64,000 nucleotides of DNA from Chthoniobacteraceae bacterium. Lineage in GTDB: Bacteria; Verrucomicrobiota; Verrucomicrobiia; Chthoniobacterales; Chthoniobacteraceae. Below, one piece after another: positions 36,135-45,613 of this stretch. Both the position numbers and the translations under genes were made by a program. Every line of letters begins with the position of its first letter. Position 1 is the first letter of the stretch. The stretch is from NCBI GenBank assembly GCA_031409335.1, contig JANNWY010000195.1, positions 47,767-111,766 on the forward strand. Direction: 5' to 3'. Under the pieces are notes generated by a model. That model was not told the origin of the DNA and made no database searches. It worked only from the letters and a program-made list of their open reading frames with translations.

Positions 36135-38474
36135 TCACACGACCGCGGCCAGCGTGCGGTCGAGATTTTCGCGGACGATGCGGATTAGATCCTCGGGCGG
36201 ATACGGCTTCTGGAGAAAATTCGCGCCCGGAATGAGCACGATTTTCCGTCCCATAAATCCGACGCTGTAGCCGCTCGTGTAAACGATCGTCAGTTGCGGA
36301 TTGTCTTCGCGCAAAGCCATCCCCAAATCGCTCCCGGACACACCGCCGGGCATGATCATGTCGGTCAGGAGCATGTCGATGTGGTCGCGCTTTTCGCGCC
36401 ACACGACGAGCGCCTCCGCGCCCGATGCGCTCGTCAGCACTTCGTATCCCGCCTGCTGCAAAATGCGCGAAACAAATTCCCGCACCGACGCTTCATCATC
36501 GACGACGAGGATCGTCTCCGTGCCGCCGCGCGCGGGCGCAGCAACCGGATCGACGTCGGCCAAATCGTTCGCATTCGTCAGCGCGGGAAAATGGATGCGA
36601 AACATCGTGCCGCGACCCGGCTCACTCTCCACCGCGATCCAGCCGTGATGCTGCTGCACGATCCCATACACCGTCGCGAGACCGAGCCCGGTGCCGCGGC
36701 CGACTTCTTTTGTCGTGAAAAATGGATCGTAGATTCGCGGCAAATGTTCCTGCGAGATTCCGGATCCACTGTCCGCGAAACCAAGGCAGACAAATGGACC
36801 CGCGACGACATTGGAATGCCGCGCGGCCTCTTCTTCATTCACGAGCCGCACGCTCGTGGAAACGATGATGCGCCCGCCGTTCGGCATCGCGTCGCGCGAG
36901 TTGACGGCGAGATTCACCAGCGCCTGCTCGATCATTCCCGCATCCGCGTGGATCTCCGGCAGCTTGTGGCTCAAGTCCGCCACGACATCCACATCGCGGC
37001 CCACCACACGCCCGATCATTTTCGACACGTCGAGGACGACGTCGTTGAGATCGAGATTCACGGGTTGAAAAATCTGCCGCTGGCTGAACGTGAGCAACTG
37101 CCGCGTGAGCGCGGCGGCGCGGTCGGCGCTGCTCGCGACTTGATCCAAATCCGCGATCGCATCCGCGGGCACATCCGAGCGTGTCCGCACGATGTCCGTG
37201 AAGCCGGTGATGGCGCAGAGCATGTTGTTAAAATCATGCGCGATGCCGCCCGCGAGCTGGCCGAACGCTTCCAGCTTTTGCGCCTGGCGCACCTGCTCAT
37301 CGAGGATGCGGCGCTCCGTGATGTCCTCGCAGAGCGAAGTGACGCCGATCACCCGTCCGCCATCCACGAGCGCGGCATTGAACCAGTGGCAGACGATGCG
37401 GCGGCCATCTTTGGAAAATGGTCCGTCGAGACACGGCTCGACGATTTTCTGTTTCCGCGCCCCATCGCGCAGCGCCGCGATCTGCACGCGCACGGATTCG
37501 GGAGCGATCATTTCCAGCATCGGCGCGCCCACCGCCTCGCCGCGTCCGTAGCCGAACAGCCGTTCCGCCGCCGCGTTCCAATCGACCACGCGCAAATCCA
37601 AATCCCACTCGATCACCGCGAGCGGGGTTTGCTCCGAACGCAGCGCCAGCCTGCCCTGCGAGCGCCGCAGGTCCGCCTCGGTCCGCCGGTATTTTTCGAC
37701 CTCGCTGCGCAGCGCGCCATTCATGAAAACCGAACTCCCGAGCAGCAAGAGCAACACTGCCAGTTGCGCGATGCGCATCCCGCGCGCCGCGGCGATCCCG
37801 TGGCTCCACTCTTTCGCGGAGTAATCGACGCCCAGCACGGCCTCGACTGCACCGTCCTCATCGTAAAGCGGCGTCCACGTGCTGACCCACGTGCCCCAGC
37901 GATCCGTCACCGGATCCGCGCCGAAATTTGCCTGCCCCAGAAACGCCCGCTCCAATCCGGGGACATTCTTGTCATAAACCTCACCGATCTTCGTCCGCGC
38001 CTCGATCCCACCGTTGAAATTTCCATTCCGGTCGTAGTCCGTTTCGGAGTCAACGATGAACACGTTGCTTCCGTCCGGCTGCTTTCGCATGGTGTAAATA
38101 TCCTGCGCGGCGGGATTCACGCGAAGCCACGTCTTCAGCGTTTCGATCATCCCGAGATACGTCGGATCGTCCGGCAGCGTGTCCACGGTGATCTTCGCAT
38201 GGCCCATCGTCTGAAGCATCCTCGCATACGTCGGCGCCATGCCGCCCACCATTTCCTGGATGCGATGGCGCTCTTCGCGTCCCGCTTCCTCCACCAGCCA
38301 CCAGCCCACGCCCAGAATCGCAGCAACCAGCATCCAGACCACCGAGCGCATCCGCACCTGCCTCCGATGCATGAGCCAATGCACCAGCGCGAACGCGGCA
38401 ACCGCGACAATCGCAAGCGTCAGGAAATCGAGATGTTTCGTCAGAGGGTTCAGAAAAAGGGTCCCGTTCAGCAT
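36135..38474 (-). CDS. Membrane-bound hybrid sensor histidine kinase (periplasmic sensor, PAS, HisKA, HATPase, REC)
   Basis: TM helices, PAS ([23 protein letters not shown]), [49 protein letters not shown]. Confidence 0.95.
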   Translation of the reverse strand: MLNGTLFLNPLTKHLDFLTLAIVAVAAFALVHWLMHRRQVRMRSVVWMLVAAILGVGWWLVEEAGREERHRIQEMVGGMAPTYARMLQTMGHAKITVDTLPDDPTYLGMIETLKTWLRVNPAAQDIYTMRKQPDGSNVFIVDSETDYDRNGNFNGGIEARTKIGEVYDKNVPGLERAFLGQANFGADPVTDRWGTWVSTWTPLYDEDGAVEAVLGVDYSAKEWSHGIAAARGMRIAQLAVLLLLLGSSVFMNGALRSEVEKYRRTEADLRRSQGRLALRSEQTPLAVIEWDLDLRVVDWNAAAERLFGYGRGEAVGAPMLEMIAPESVRVQIAALRDGARKQKIVEPCLDGPFSKDGRRIVCHWFNAALVDGGRVIGVTSLCEDITERRILDEQVRQAQKLEAFGQLAGGIAHDFNNMLCAITGFTDIVRTRSDVPADAIADLDQVASSADRAAALTRQLLTFSQRQIFQPVNLDLNDVVLDVSKMIGRVVGRDVDVVADLSHKLPEIHADAGMIEQALVNLAVNSRDAMPNGGRIIVSTSVRLVNEEEAARHSNVVAGPFVCLGFADSGSGISQEHLPRIYDPFFTTKEVGRGTGLGLATVYGIVQQHHGWIAVESEPGRGTMFRIHFPALTNANDLADVDPVAAPARGGTETILVVDDEASVREFVSRILQQAGYEVLTSASGAEALVVWREKRDHIDMLLTDMIMPGGVSGSDLGMALREDNPQLTIVYTSGYSVGFMGRKIVLIPGANFLQKPYPPEDLIRIVRENLDRTLAAVV

Positions 38475-38588
38475 TGAGAGAAGCGGGTTCCGTGCGCGGC
38501 AACGGGGAAGTTTTGGAGAGCGCGCGGACGCGGGTGTGATTCAAAGTGGTGCAAACACGGAAGGTGGGCAGCGGCCCAGCGCGTCTCC

Positions 38589-41327
38589 TCACGGCATACG
38601 CCAGATCAGCCGCACCGAGTCCAGCCGCAGCCGCGCGGAGGTCAGCGCGGCCTGCAAATCGGTCTTCTGCTGCCGGACCGCCGCAATTTCCCCAGGACGC
38701 ACGTGGTCATTGATCGCCCGCAAATCCTCCAGTCGGTCGATCTCATCCTGAAGCTGCTCCGCCATCGTCGCGCTCGCTGCCGCCACCACGTTTTTCATCC
38801 GTACTTCGGCGAGCGCCTGCGCCTTTTCCAGCATCGCCGGGATCAGCTTTTTCTTCACCACCGGACGATCGAGCAGCTTGAAAATATCGCCTTTCTCCAG
38901 CACCGCGTTCGCGACAATTTCATCTTCCGTGTGATCGGCGGTGGCGTGATCCACCACGACGCGGATCGGCGTCGCCGGGAGGAAACGATCGGCGTGCAGA
39001 GCTGCGGGAGCGATGCATTCGGCGACGGCGCAAATCTCCAGCAGGATTCCCTCGGAGCCGGAATCCTTCCACACGCCGAACGCCGAATTGCCCGACTCCA
39101 GCCCGAGCAAAAGATCGAGCGCGCCGCGCACCAGCGGATGATCCTGCCCCATGAATCCGAGATCCTCGCGGCTCAGCGCGCGCGCGCGGTCGAACGTCAC
39201 GGTCATCCCATCCGGCGGCAGCGCGGGAAACGCATCGGTGAGCAAATGGCCCGGCAGCAGCAGATGGCTGCGGTTCCCGAGTTCCTCCACGTGGACTCCG
39301 AAATGATCGAGCATCCGAATGAAGAATGCCTCAAATCCATCGTCCGAATCCTGCGCGCGAATCTGCGCGATAATCTCCGCCGCGCGTCCCGGCTTGCACG
39401 AGTTCAGTTCCAGTAGGCGGTCGTGTCCGCGCTCCAGTTTCTTCGCGACTTGCGCGTGGCGTTCGCGGGTTTTTTTGATGAAAGCAGTGAGCGCCTTCGC
39501 GTCGAAATTCTCCCGCAACGCCGTGAGATCGTCTCCCAGTTCGCGCGCGATTTCCGCCGCGCCGTGCGGATTTTTTTCAAACGCGCCGAGCCCCTCGTGA
39601 TACCACCGCGCCAGCACTTCCGATTCGCCGCCGCGCAGATACGGCGCGTAGATTTCGATCGTCGCGGTCTGCCCGATTCGGTCGAGGCGTCCGATGCGTT
39701 GTTCGAGCAATTCCGGGTTCGTCGGCAGATCGAAAAGCACGAGCCGGTGCGCGAACTGAAAGTTGCGCCCTTCGCTCCCAATCTCTGAACAGATCAGCAC
39801 GCGCGCGCCCTCGGGCTCCGAGAAAAACGCCGCATTGCGATCGCGCTGGAGCAGCGTCAGGCCCTCGTGAAAGAGGCCGACTTTCATGTTCACCTCGTGC
39901 TGAAGGCGCGCGGAGATTTCTTCGGCGAGTTCGCGCGCGCGGCAGATGAGCAGCACTTTTTCATCGCCGGAATCCTTCAGGAAACCGACCAGCCATTTCA
40001 CCTTCGCCGTCATTTCATCCGCGCCCGCGTCGAGCGGCACGAGCTTCGCGCGGCGCTCGGGAAAGCCGGACAGCGCAGCGCGCGTGTTGCGAAACATCAC
40101 GCGGCCCGTGCCGAATTCATCGAGCAACTCCGCGACGAGATGCGCGCGCGCGCTTTCATCGCCGCCCGCCAGCGCCTCCGCGTGCTTCCGCACACGCGCC
40201 GATTTTTCGCCGAACAGCTTGCGATCCGCGGTGGTCAGCGGCTTCCCGCCGATCACGCGGTCGATCGCTTTCGCGACTTGCTCGTAGTGTTCGGCCTCTT
40301 CGAGAAAAAGTGCGAGATCCGTGTAGCGATCGGGATCGAGCAGGCGCAGCCGGGCGAAGTGGCCTTCCGGGCCGAGCTGCTGCGGCGTCGCGGTGAGCAG
40401 CAGCAGGCTCGTCGTTTTCTGCGCGAGGGCTTCGACCAACAGATACTGCGGGCTCGCGGCTTCGTGCGTCCACTCGAGGTGATGCGCCTCATCGACGACC
40501 AGCAAATCCCAGCCCGCGGCGATCGCCTGCGCCGTGCGAGGCTCGCTTTCCGAAAGAAATGCGACGCTGCAAATCACGAGCTGGCTGTCGAGGAACGGGT
40601 TCTCGTCGGGATCGTTCGCCTGGATCGAGCGGCAGCGCTCCTCGTCGAAAATGCTGAACAGCAAATTGAAGCGCCGCAGCAACTCGACGAACCACTGGTG
40701 GATGAGCGGCTCCGGCACCAGCACGAGCACGCGATCCGCGCGACCGGTGAGGTGCAGCCGATGCAGAATCAGCCCCGCCTCGATCGTCTTCCCGAGCCCC
40801 ACTTCATCCGCGAGCAGCACGCGCGGAGCAAGGCGGGAAGCCACTTCCGCGGCGATGAACATCTGGTGCGGGATCAAATCCACGCGCCCGCCCGCAAATC
40901 CGCGCACAGCCGATTTCCGCATCCGGCAGCGGCGCGAGAGCGCATCCGCGCGCAGATCGAACGTCCGCAAATCATCCACCTGCCCCGCCATCAGCCGCGC
41001 TTCCGGCGTGCTGAAACTGATCGTGTCGGAAAGCTCCGCCTCCTTCACCTCGCGCCCGCCCGCCGAATAAACGAGCAGCCCATCGCGCTCCTCCGCCGAA
41101 TCCACGACCAGGTTCGTTCCGTCGTGCAGCTTGATGCGGTCGCCCGCGGTGAATTCCACGCGGCGCAGCGGCGCGGTTTTCAGCGCGTACTGGCGGTGCC
41201 CATTTGCCGCCGGAAAGAAAAGCTCCACGCGCCCAAACTCCGCGCGCAGCACGATCCCGAGCCCGAGTTCCGGCTCGCTGTCACTGACCCATCGTTGCCC
41301 TGCGCGTGGTGCATTCATGCCATTCAT
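38589..41327 (-). CDS. rapA: RNA polymerase-associated SNF2-like ATPase RapA (HepA)
   Basis: GQRWVSDSEPELGLG start, PRVLLADEVGLGKT, DEAHHL, CSEIGSEGRNFQFA, EQRIGRLDRIGQ. Confidence 0.95.
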   Translation of the reverse strand: MNGMNAPRAGQRWVSDSEPELGLGIVLRAEFGRVELFFPAANGHRQYALKTAPLRRVEFTAGDRIKLHDGTNLVVDSAEERDGLLVYSAGGREVKEAELSDTISFSTPEARLMAGQVDDLRTFDLRADALSRRCRMRKSAVRGFAGGRVDLIPHQMFIAAEVASRLAPRVLLADEVGLGKTIEAGLILHRLHLTGRADRVLVLVPEPLIHQWFVELLRRFNLLFSIFDEERCRSIQANDPDENPFLDSQLVICSVAFLSESEPRTAQAIAAGWDLLVVDEAHHLEWTHEAASPQYLLVEALAQKTTSLLLLTATPQQLGPEGHFARLRLLDPDRYTDLALFLEEAEHYEQVAKAIDRVIGGKPLTTADRKLFGEKSARVRKHAEALAGGDESARAHLVAELLDEFGTGRVMFRNTRAALSGFPERRAKLVPLDAGADEMTAKVKWLVGFLKDSGDEKVLLICRARELAEEISARLQHEVNMKVGLFHEGLTLLQRDRNAAFFSEPEGARVLICSEIGSEGRNFQFAHRLVLFDLPTNPELLEQRIGRLDRIGQTATIEIYAPYLRGGESEVLARWYHEGLGAFEKNPHGAAEIARELGDDLTALRENFDAKALTAFIKKTRERHAQVAKKLERGHDRLLELNSCKPGRAAEIIAQIRAQDSDDGFEAFFIRMLDHFGVHVEELGNRSHLLLPGHLLTDAFPALPPDGMTVTFDRARALSREDLGFMGQDHPLVRGALDLLLGLESGNSAFGVWKDSGSEGILLEICAVAECIAPAALHADRFLPATPIRVVVDHATADHTEDEIVANAVLEKGDIFKLLDRPVVKKKLIPAMLEKAQALAEVRMKNVVAAASATMAEQLQDEIDRLEDLRAINDHVRPGEIAAVRQQKTDLQAALTSARLRLDSVRLIWRMP

Positions 41328-41373
41328 TTAGCGGCACCGCGCGGCGATTGCCAATTCGGGAATCGCGCGACCG

Positions 41374-42027
41374 CTACGACCGCAACGCGACCGCGACCGC
41401 GCGAATGCAGCGCTTTTCCAAAATGAGCGACGGATGCAGCGACGCCCACACCCGGACATTTCGCGCCTGCGGCATCGTCGAGCTGCTCGCGGGCACCACC
41501 ACGAGATCGAGTGGCGTGTGAAAAGTCGTGAACTTCACCCGCGACAGTTTCGCGTTGTCGGTCGCCAGCTCGCGCAGGAACGCGCTGTCGCGCCACATCT
41601 CCGCCGCACCCGCGCCGGGATGCAGCCGCGCGAAAACGGTGCCGTGATGCGGTGCGGCGATGGTGATGAGATGCGCGACGTGTTTCTCTCCGCCAAGACG
41701 CTGCACGTAGTACCGGCTCACGAGTCCGCCCATGCTGAAGCCGACGAGATCAAACTTCCGCCCGCGCCCGACATGCTTCGTCGTGAAATCCGCGAGCTGT
41801 TTCCCCAACTCCTCGATCGTCGCCTGGCCGCCATTCGGCGAAAGATCGGGAGTGAAAACTTCGCGGCCCTCAGCCCGAAAATGCCGCGCCATCCGCGTCA
41901 TATCGCGCGAGCTGGAGTGAATGCCGTGGACGAGCACGACGGGGTTGTATTCAGGATTTGCGGGAACGGGCGCAGCATCGAAAAAAGCGAGCGCGGAACT
42001 GAGCAGGGCGACGATTTGCACGCGCAC
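41374..42027 (-). CDS. Secreted small alpha/beta-hydrolase (lipase/esterase)
   Basis: NPVVLVHG, nucleophile elbow GFSMGG, APHHGT, D.VV.P and catalytic His region. Confidence 0.88.
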   Translation of the reverse strand: MRVQIVALLSSALAFFDAAPVPANPEYNPVVLVHGIHSSSRDMTRMARHFRAEGREVFTPDLSPNGGQATIEELGKQLADFTTKHVGRGRKFDLVGFSMGGLVSRYYVQRLGGEKHVAHLITIAAPHHGTVFARLHPGAGAAEMWRDSAFLRELATDNAKLSRVKFTTFHTPLDLVVVPASSSTMPQARNVRVWASLHPSLILEKRCIRAVAVALRS

Positions 42028-42058
42028 AAGCTAGCCGGGAAAATCGCGCGGGCAATGC

Positions 42059-42167
42059 CGCCGAAGGCTCTGGACTGCGGTGATTCCTTCACCGCTTTCC
42101 AACGAGGGCCGCGCTCCCGCCATTCGGAAAGCGGCGGAGGAACCGCAGCAGTCCAGAGCCTTCGGCG
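42059..42167. repeat. REP/MITE-like palindrome, family A copy 2
   Basis: Perfect 20-bp inverted repeat CGCCGAAGGCTCTGGACTGC / GCAGTCCAGAGCCTTCGGCG. Shares TGGACTGCGGTGATTCCTTCACCGCT with the 21749 element. Confidence 0.85.
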
Positions 42168-42629
42168 TCACGGCTCGGGACGGGTTCTGCGAAAGTGGCG
42201 AACCTCGAAATCCGCCGTGCGCAGCGGCACATCGACCTGCTCGAACGCCTGCTCTAGCGGCGGGAAAAACGCGTCCCCATCCACCTCGCGCTGCACGACA
42301 CTGAGATACAAGTCGGTGCAACGCAGTAGCAATTGCGCGTAAATTTCCGCGCCGCCAATGATGAACAATTCACCGGGCCATCGCGCGGGATCGAACGCGG
42401 CCAGATCGCGAACGATTTCGACTCCCGGAATGTCCGGCCCGCGCGTCACCACCACATTGGTGCGTCCCGGTAGCGGCTTGCCGAGCGACTCAAAAGTTTT
42501 CCGACCCATCAGCACCGTGTGGCCGAGCGTGGTACGTTTGAACCATTTGAAATCCTCCGGCAGATGCCACGGGATCTGCCCATCGCGCCCAATCACGCGG
42601 TTCAGGGACATGGCGGCGATGGCCTTCAT
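42168..42629 (-). CDS. folA: Dihydrofolate reductase
   Basis: AAMSLNRVIG...IPWHLPEDFKWFK..T.GH..LMGRKTFES...LPGR.N, IIGGAEIY, GDAFFP. Confidence 0.97.
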   Translation of the reverse strand: MKAIAAMSLNRVIGRDGQIPWHLPEDFKWFKRTTLGHTVLMGRKTFESLGKPLPGRTNVVVTRGPDIPGVEIVRDLAAFDPARWPGELFIIGGAEIYAQLLLRCTDLYLSVVQREVDGDAFFPPLEQAFEQVDVPLRTADFEVRHFRRTRPEP

Positions 42630-42662
42630 CGCGCGATGGCTATGACGCTCGCGCCGCGTGTT

Positions 42663-42826
42663 CCGGGTAGCACGCTCGTCCCGCGCGTTGGTTTTGGCGT
42701 CCCGCCAAAACGAACTTCCCTGCCAGGTCGCTTCAAAGTGCGTGAACGAAATCGGGGACGAGACGTTTTGAAAGTTCGCGAAGGCGGGACGCCTTCGCCA
42801 ACGCTCGGGACGAGCGTGCTACCGGG
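42663..42826. repeat. REP-like long palindrome, family B, between thyA and folA
   Basis: GGTAGCACGCTCGTCCCG pairs with CGGGACGAGCGTGCTACC; inner GGCGTCCCGCC pairs with GGCGGGACGCC and CGAACTT with AAGTTCG. Confidence 0.85.
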
Positions 42827-42843
42827 ATTCCGCAGTCGCGCAC

Positions 42844-43638
42844 TCATACCGCAATCGGTGCCTTGATCGCCGGATGCGGGTCGTAGCCTTCCAGCGTGAA
42901 ATCCTCGTAGCAGAACGCATGGATGTCGCGGATCGCCGGGTTCAGCCTCATCACCGGCAAAGCGCGCGGTTCGCGCGTGAGTTGCAGCCGCGCCTGCTCA
43001 AGGTGATTCGCGTAAAGATGCAGGTCGCCAAACGTGTGGACGAACGTGTCCGCGCGCAGCCCGCAGACCTGCGCGACCATGTGCGTGAGCAGCGCATAGC
43101 TCGCGATATTGAAAGGGACGCCGAGGAAAAGATCCGCGCTGCGCTGGTAAAGCTGGCAGCTCAACGCGCCCTCGTGGACGTAAAATTGAAACAGCGCGTG
43201 ACACGGCGGCAGCGCCATTCCTTCCACCTCGCCCGGATTCCACGCCGTCACGATGTGCCGCCGCGAATCCGGGTTCTTTTTGATCTGCGAAATGACCGCG
43301 TCGATCTGATGGATGGAACGCCCGTCGGCCGTCCGCCAGTCGCACCACTGCGCGCCGTAAACGCGCCCGAGATTTCCCTCCGCATCCGCCCACTCATCCC
43401 AGATCGTCACGCCATTTTCGCGCAGATAATTCACATTCGTCTCCCCGCGCAGGAACCACAGCAGCTCGTGAATGATCGAGCGCAGATGCAGCTTCTTCGT
43501 CGTCAGCACGGGAAAACCGCGCGTCAGATCGAACCGCGCCTGCGCACCGAAAACCGAGTACGTGCCCGTCCCGGTGCGATCGGGTTTGAATTTCCCGTGA
43601 TCGAGGACGAGGCGGAGCAGGTCGTGGTATTCGCGCAT
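42844..43638 (-). CDS. thyA: Thymidylate synthase
   Basis: [58 protein letters not shown]. Confidence 0.98.
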   Translation of the reverse strand: MREYHDLLRLVLDHGKFKPDRTGTGTYSVFGAQARFDLTRGFPVLTTKKLHLRSIIHELLWFLRGETNVNYLRENGVTIWDEWADAEGNLGRVYGAQWCDWRTADGRSIHQIDAVISQIKKNPDSRRHIVTAWNPGEVEGMALPPCHALFQFYVHEGALSCQLYQRSADLFLGVPFNIASYALLTHMVAQVCGLRADTFVHTFGDLHLYANHLEQARLQLTREPRALPVMRLNPAIRDIHAFCYEDFTLEGYDPHPAIKAPIAV

Positions 43639-43656
43639 TCGGCGGAGACTGGCGGA

Positions 43657-43691
43657 AAATCTGAAATCTGAAATCTGAAATCTGAAATTCG
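43657..43691. repeat. Heptamer tandem array (AAATCTG)x4 plus one degenerate unit
   Basis: Directly visible in the 80-nt divergent thyA/folE2 spacer. Confidence 0.9.
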
Positions 43692-43718
43692 GATTTCTGT
43701 GCTAAACAACCCGCTCCC

Positions 43719-44513
43719 ATGGAGCCCACCTCGCTTGCCAATCTCACCGACACGCAATCCCAGCGCGACTCGCGCAAGATCCCGATCGACCGCGTCGGCA
43801 TCAAGGGCCTGCGCTACCCGATGCAGGTGCGCGACAAAGCCCACGTCATCCAACACACGATCGCGACCGTCACGCTCACCGTCGATCTTCCGCACCAATT
43901 CAAGGGCACGCACATGAGCCGCTTCGTGGAAGTGCTCAACGAATTCGGCCCCGAACTGCACGTCGATAACATCCACACCATCCTCCGCGAACTCGTCACC
44001 CGACTCGACTCCGAGAAGGCGCACGTCGAATTCGACTTCCCCTATTTTCTCGAAAAACGCGCGCCCGTCTCCGGCGCGGTCGGGCTCATGGATTACGGCG
44101 TGCGCTTCTCCGCCACGATCGAAAACGGCACGATCGATTTCATCGTCACCGTCCTCGTGCCAGTGACGACGCTGTGCCCGTGCTCGAAAGCGATCAGCGA
44201 CCAGGGCGCGCACAATCAGCGCGGGCTCGTCACGTTTTCCATCCGCAGCACCACGCCCGTCTGGATCGAGGAACTCACGCGCCTGGTGGAAGACTGCGCC
44301 TCCAGCGAACTCTACAGCTTGCTCAAACGCCCCGACGAAAAAGCCGTCACGGAACGCGCCTACGCCAATCCCGTTTTCGTGGAAGACCTCGTCCGCGCCG
44401 TCGCCGCGCACGCGAATCGCGAGCCGCGCATCACCTGGTATCGGGTGGAAGCGGAAAACTTCGAGAGCATCCACAATCACTCCGCCTACGCGCTGATCGA
44501 GAAGGCGAAGTGA
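43719..44513 (+). CDS. folE2: GTP cyclohydrolase I, type IB
   Basis: IPIDRVGIKGLRYP, KGTHMSRF, VTTLCPCSKAIS..GAHNQR, LLKRPDEK.VTERAY.NP.FVED, ESIHNHSAYA. Confidence 0.96.
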   Translation: MEPTSLANLTDTQSQRDSRKIPIDRVGIKGLRYPMQVRDKAHVIQHTIATVTLTVDLPHQFKGTHMSRFVEVLNEFGPELHVDNIHTILRELVTRLDSEKAHVEFDFPYFLEKRAPVSGAVGLMDYGVRFSATIENGTIDFIVTVLVPVTTLCPCSKAISDQGAHNQRGLVTFSIRSTTPVWIEELTRLVEDCASSELYSLLKRPDEKAVTERAYANPVFVEDLVRAVAAHANREPRITWYRVEAENFESIHNHSAYALIEKAK

Positions 44514-44550
44514 GGGCGGAATAGGTGGAATGCGCTCGTCCTCCTCTTCC

Positions 44551-44640
44551 TCAACGCCAAACGCCAAACGTGAAAGAAAAGCCAAGCGCGTGGCGAAATC
44601 GTTTGGAGTTTATCGTTTGAAGTTTGGCGTTTGGCGTTGA
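44551..44640. repeat. Inverted heptamer array (AAACGCC / GGCGTTT)
   Basis: Perfect 19-bp inverted repeat TCAACGCCAAACGCCAAAC (44551-44569) and GTTTGGCGTTTGGCGTTGA (44622-44640), with further degenerate GTTT units at 7-nt spacing. Confidence 0.85.
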
Positions 44641-44739
44641 GCCGCGCGCAGAGCCCGTCGATCGCGTCCTTCCGCGTAGGCCCCAAGTTGAATCGCACTC
44701 CCCTTTTGAGACTTTTCGCAGCCATCTTCGGCAAAGAAA

Positions 44740-44761
44740 AAAGTGTTCATTTGAACACTTT
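44740..44761. promoter_or_regulatory. LexA (SOS) operator, Verrucomicrobia type TGTTC-N4-GAACA
   Basis: AAAGTGTTC-ATTT-GAACACTTT palindrome with core at 44744-44757, 30 nt upstream of imuA. Overlaps TTGAAC (44751) -N17- TACGGT (44774). Confidence 0.9.
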
Positions 44762-44787
44762 CATTCCTTCCTGTACGGTCCCCGGCG

Positions 44788-45450
44788 ATGTCGTCCAACC
44801 GCACCATCATTCACCTCCGCGAGCTCATCCAGCGGCACCAAACCGCCCCGCCCCCGCGTGCCGCGGCGCGTCTGGAAACCGGCATCGCCAGCGTCGATGA
44901 AACCCTCGCAGGTGGCCTCCCAAAAGGCGCGCTCGTGGAAATCGTCAGCGCCCTCCCCGGCTGCGGCGCGTCGTCGCTGCTCGTCTCGCTCCTTCGCAAA
45001 AACGCCGCCGCCTCCCGCTGGTCCGCGCTGATCGACGGCCACGACAATTTCGACCCCGCCTCTGCTGGCGAGGCCGTCCTCTCCTGCCTGCTCTGGATTC
45101 GCTGCCGCACCGCCGACGAAGCCCTGCGCAGCGCCGATCTCCTCCTGCGCGATGGCAATCTCCCGCTCGTCATCCTCGACCTCCGCGGCAATCCCGACGC
45201 CGAACTCCGCCGCATCCCCACGCCGCAATGGTATCGCCTCCAGCGCACCATAGAGCCCACTGGCATCGCCGGCCTCATCCTCACCCCGCGCCCGATGATC
45301 CCCTGCGCGCAAGCCCGTCTCCTTTTACAAAATCGCCTCAGCCTCGAAGCGCTCGACGACGAGCAGGAAACCATCGTGCGCACGCTGCGGATGGAGCTGA
45401 CCCGAAATCGCGCGGCGATGAGCCACGAAGATTTGGCGCAGGCCGGGTGA
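44788..45450 (+). CDS. imuA: ImuA-like RecA-fold mutasome protein
   Basis: TGIASVDETLAGGLPKGALVEI, degenerate P-loop GCGAS, ALIDGHDNFDP, LVILD; first gene of the imuB-dnaE2 cassette. Confidence 0.85.
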   Translation: MSSNRTIIHLRELIQRHQTAPPPRAAARLETGIASVDETLAGGLPKGALVEIVSALPGCGASSLLVSLLRKNAAASRWSALIDGHDNFDPASAGEAVLSCLLWIRCRTADEALRSADLLLRDGNLPLVILDLRGNPDAELRRIPTPQWYRLQRTIEPTGIAGLILTPRPMIPCAQARLLLQNRLSLEALDDEQETIVRTLRMELTRNRAAMSHEDLAQAG

Positions 45451-45467
45451 AGCATTTAGGAAAATGA

Positions 45468-45576
<109 letters not shown>

Positions 45577-45613
45577 ATCCCCCCCGCCCCCCCGCAGTTA
45601 AGCGCCGCCCCCC

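Noticed and set aside
38589..41327. SNF2 helicase of an anti-phage system (DISARM/Zorya-like)
   Set aside because: The sequence has RapA-specific N- and C-terminal motifs and housekeeping neighbours.
42626..42847. Short ORFs over palindromes (also 21807-22016, 41898-42321, 45543-45821)
   Set aside because: They are translations of the repeat elements, without independent coding evidence.
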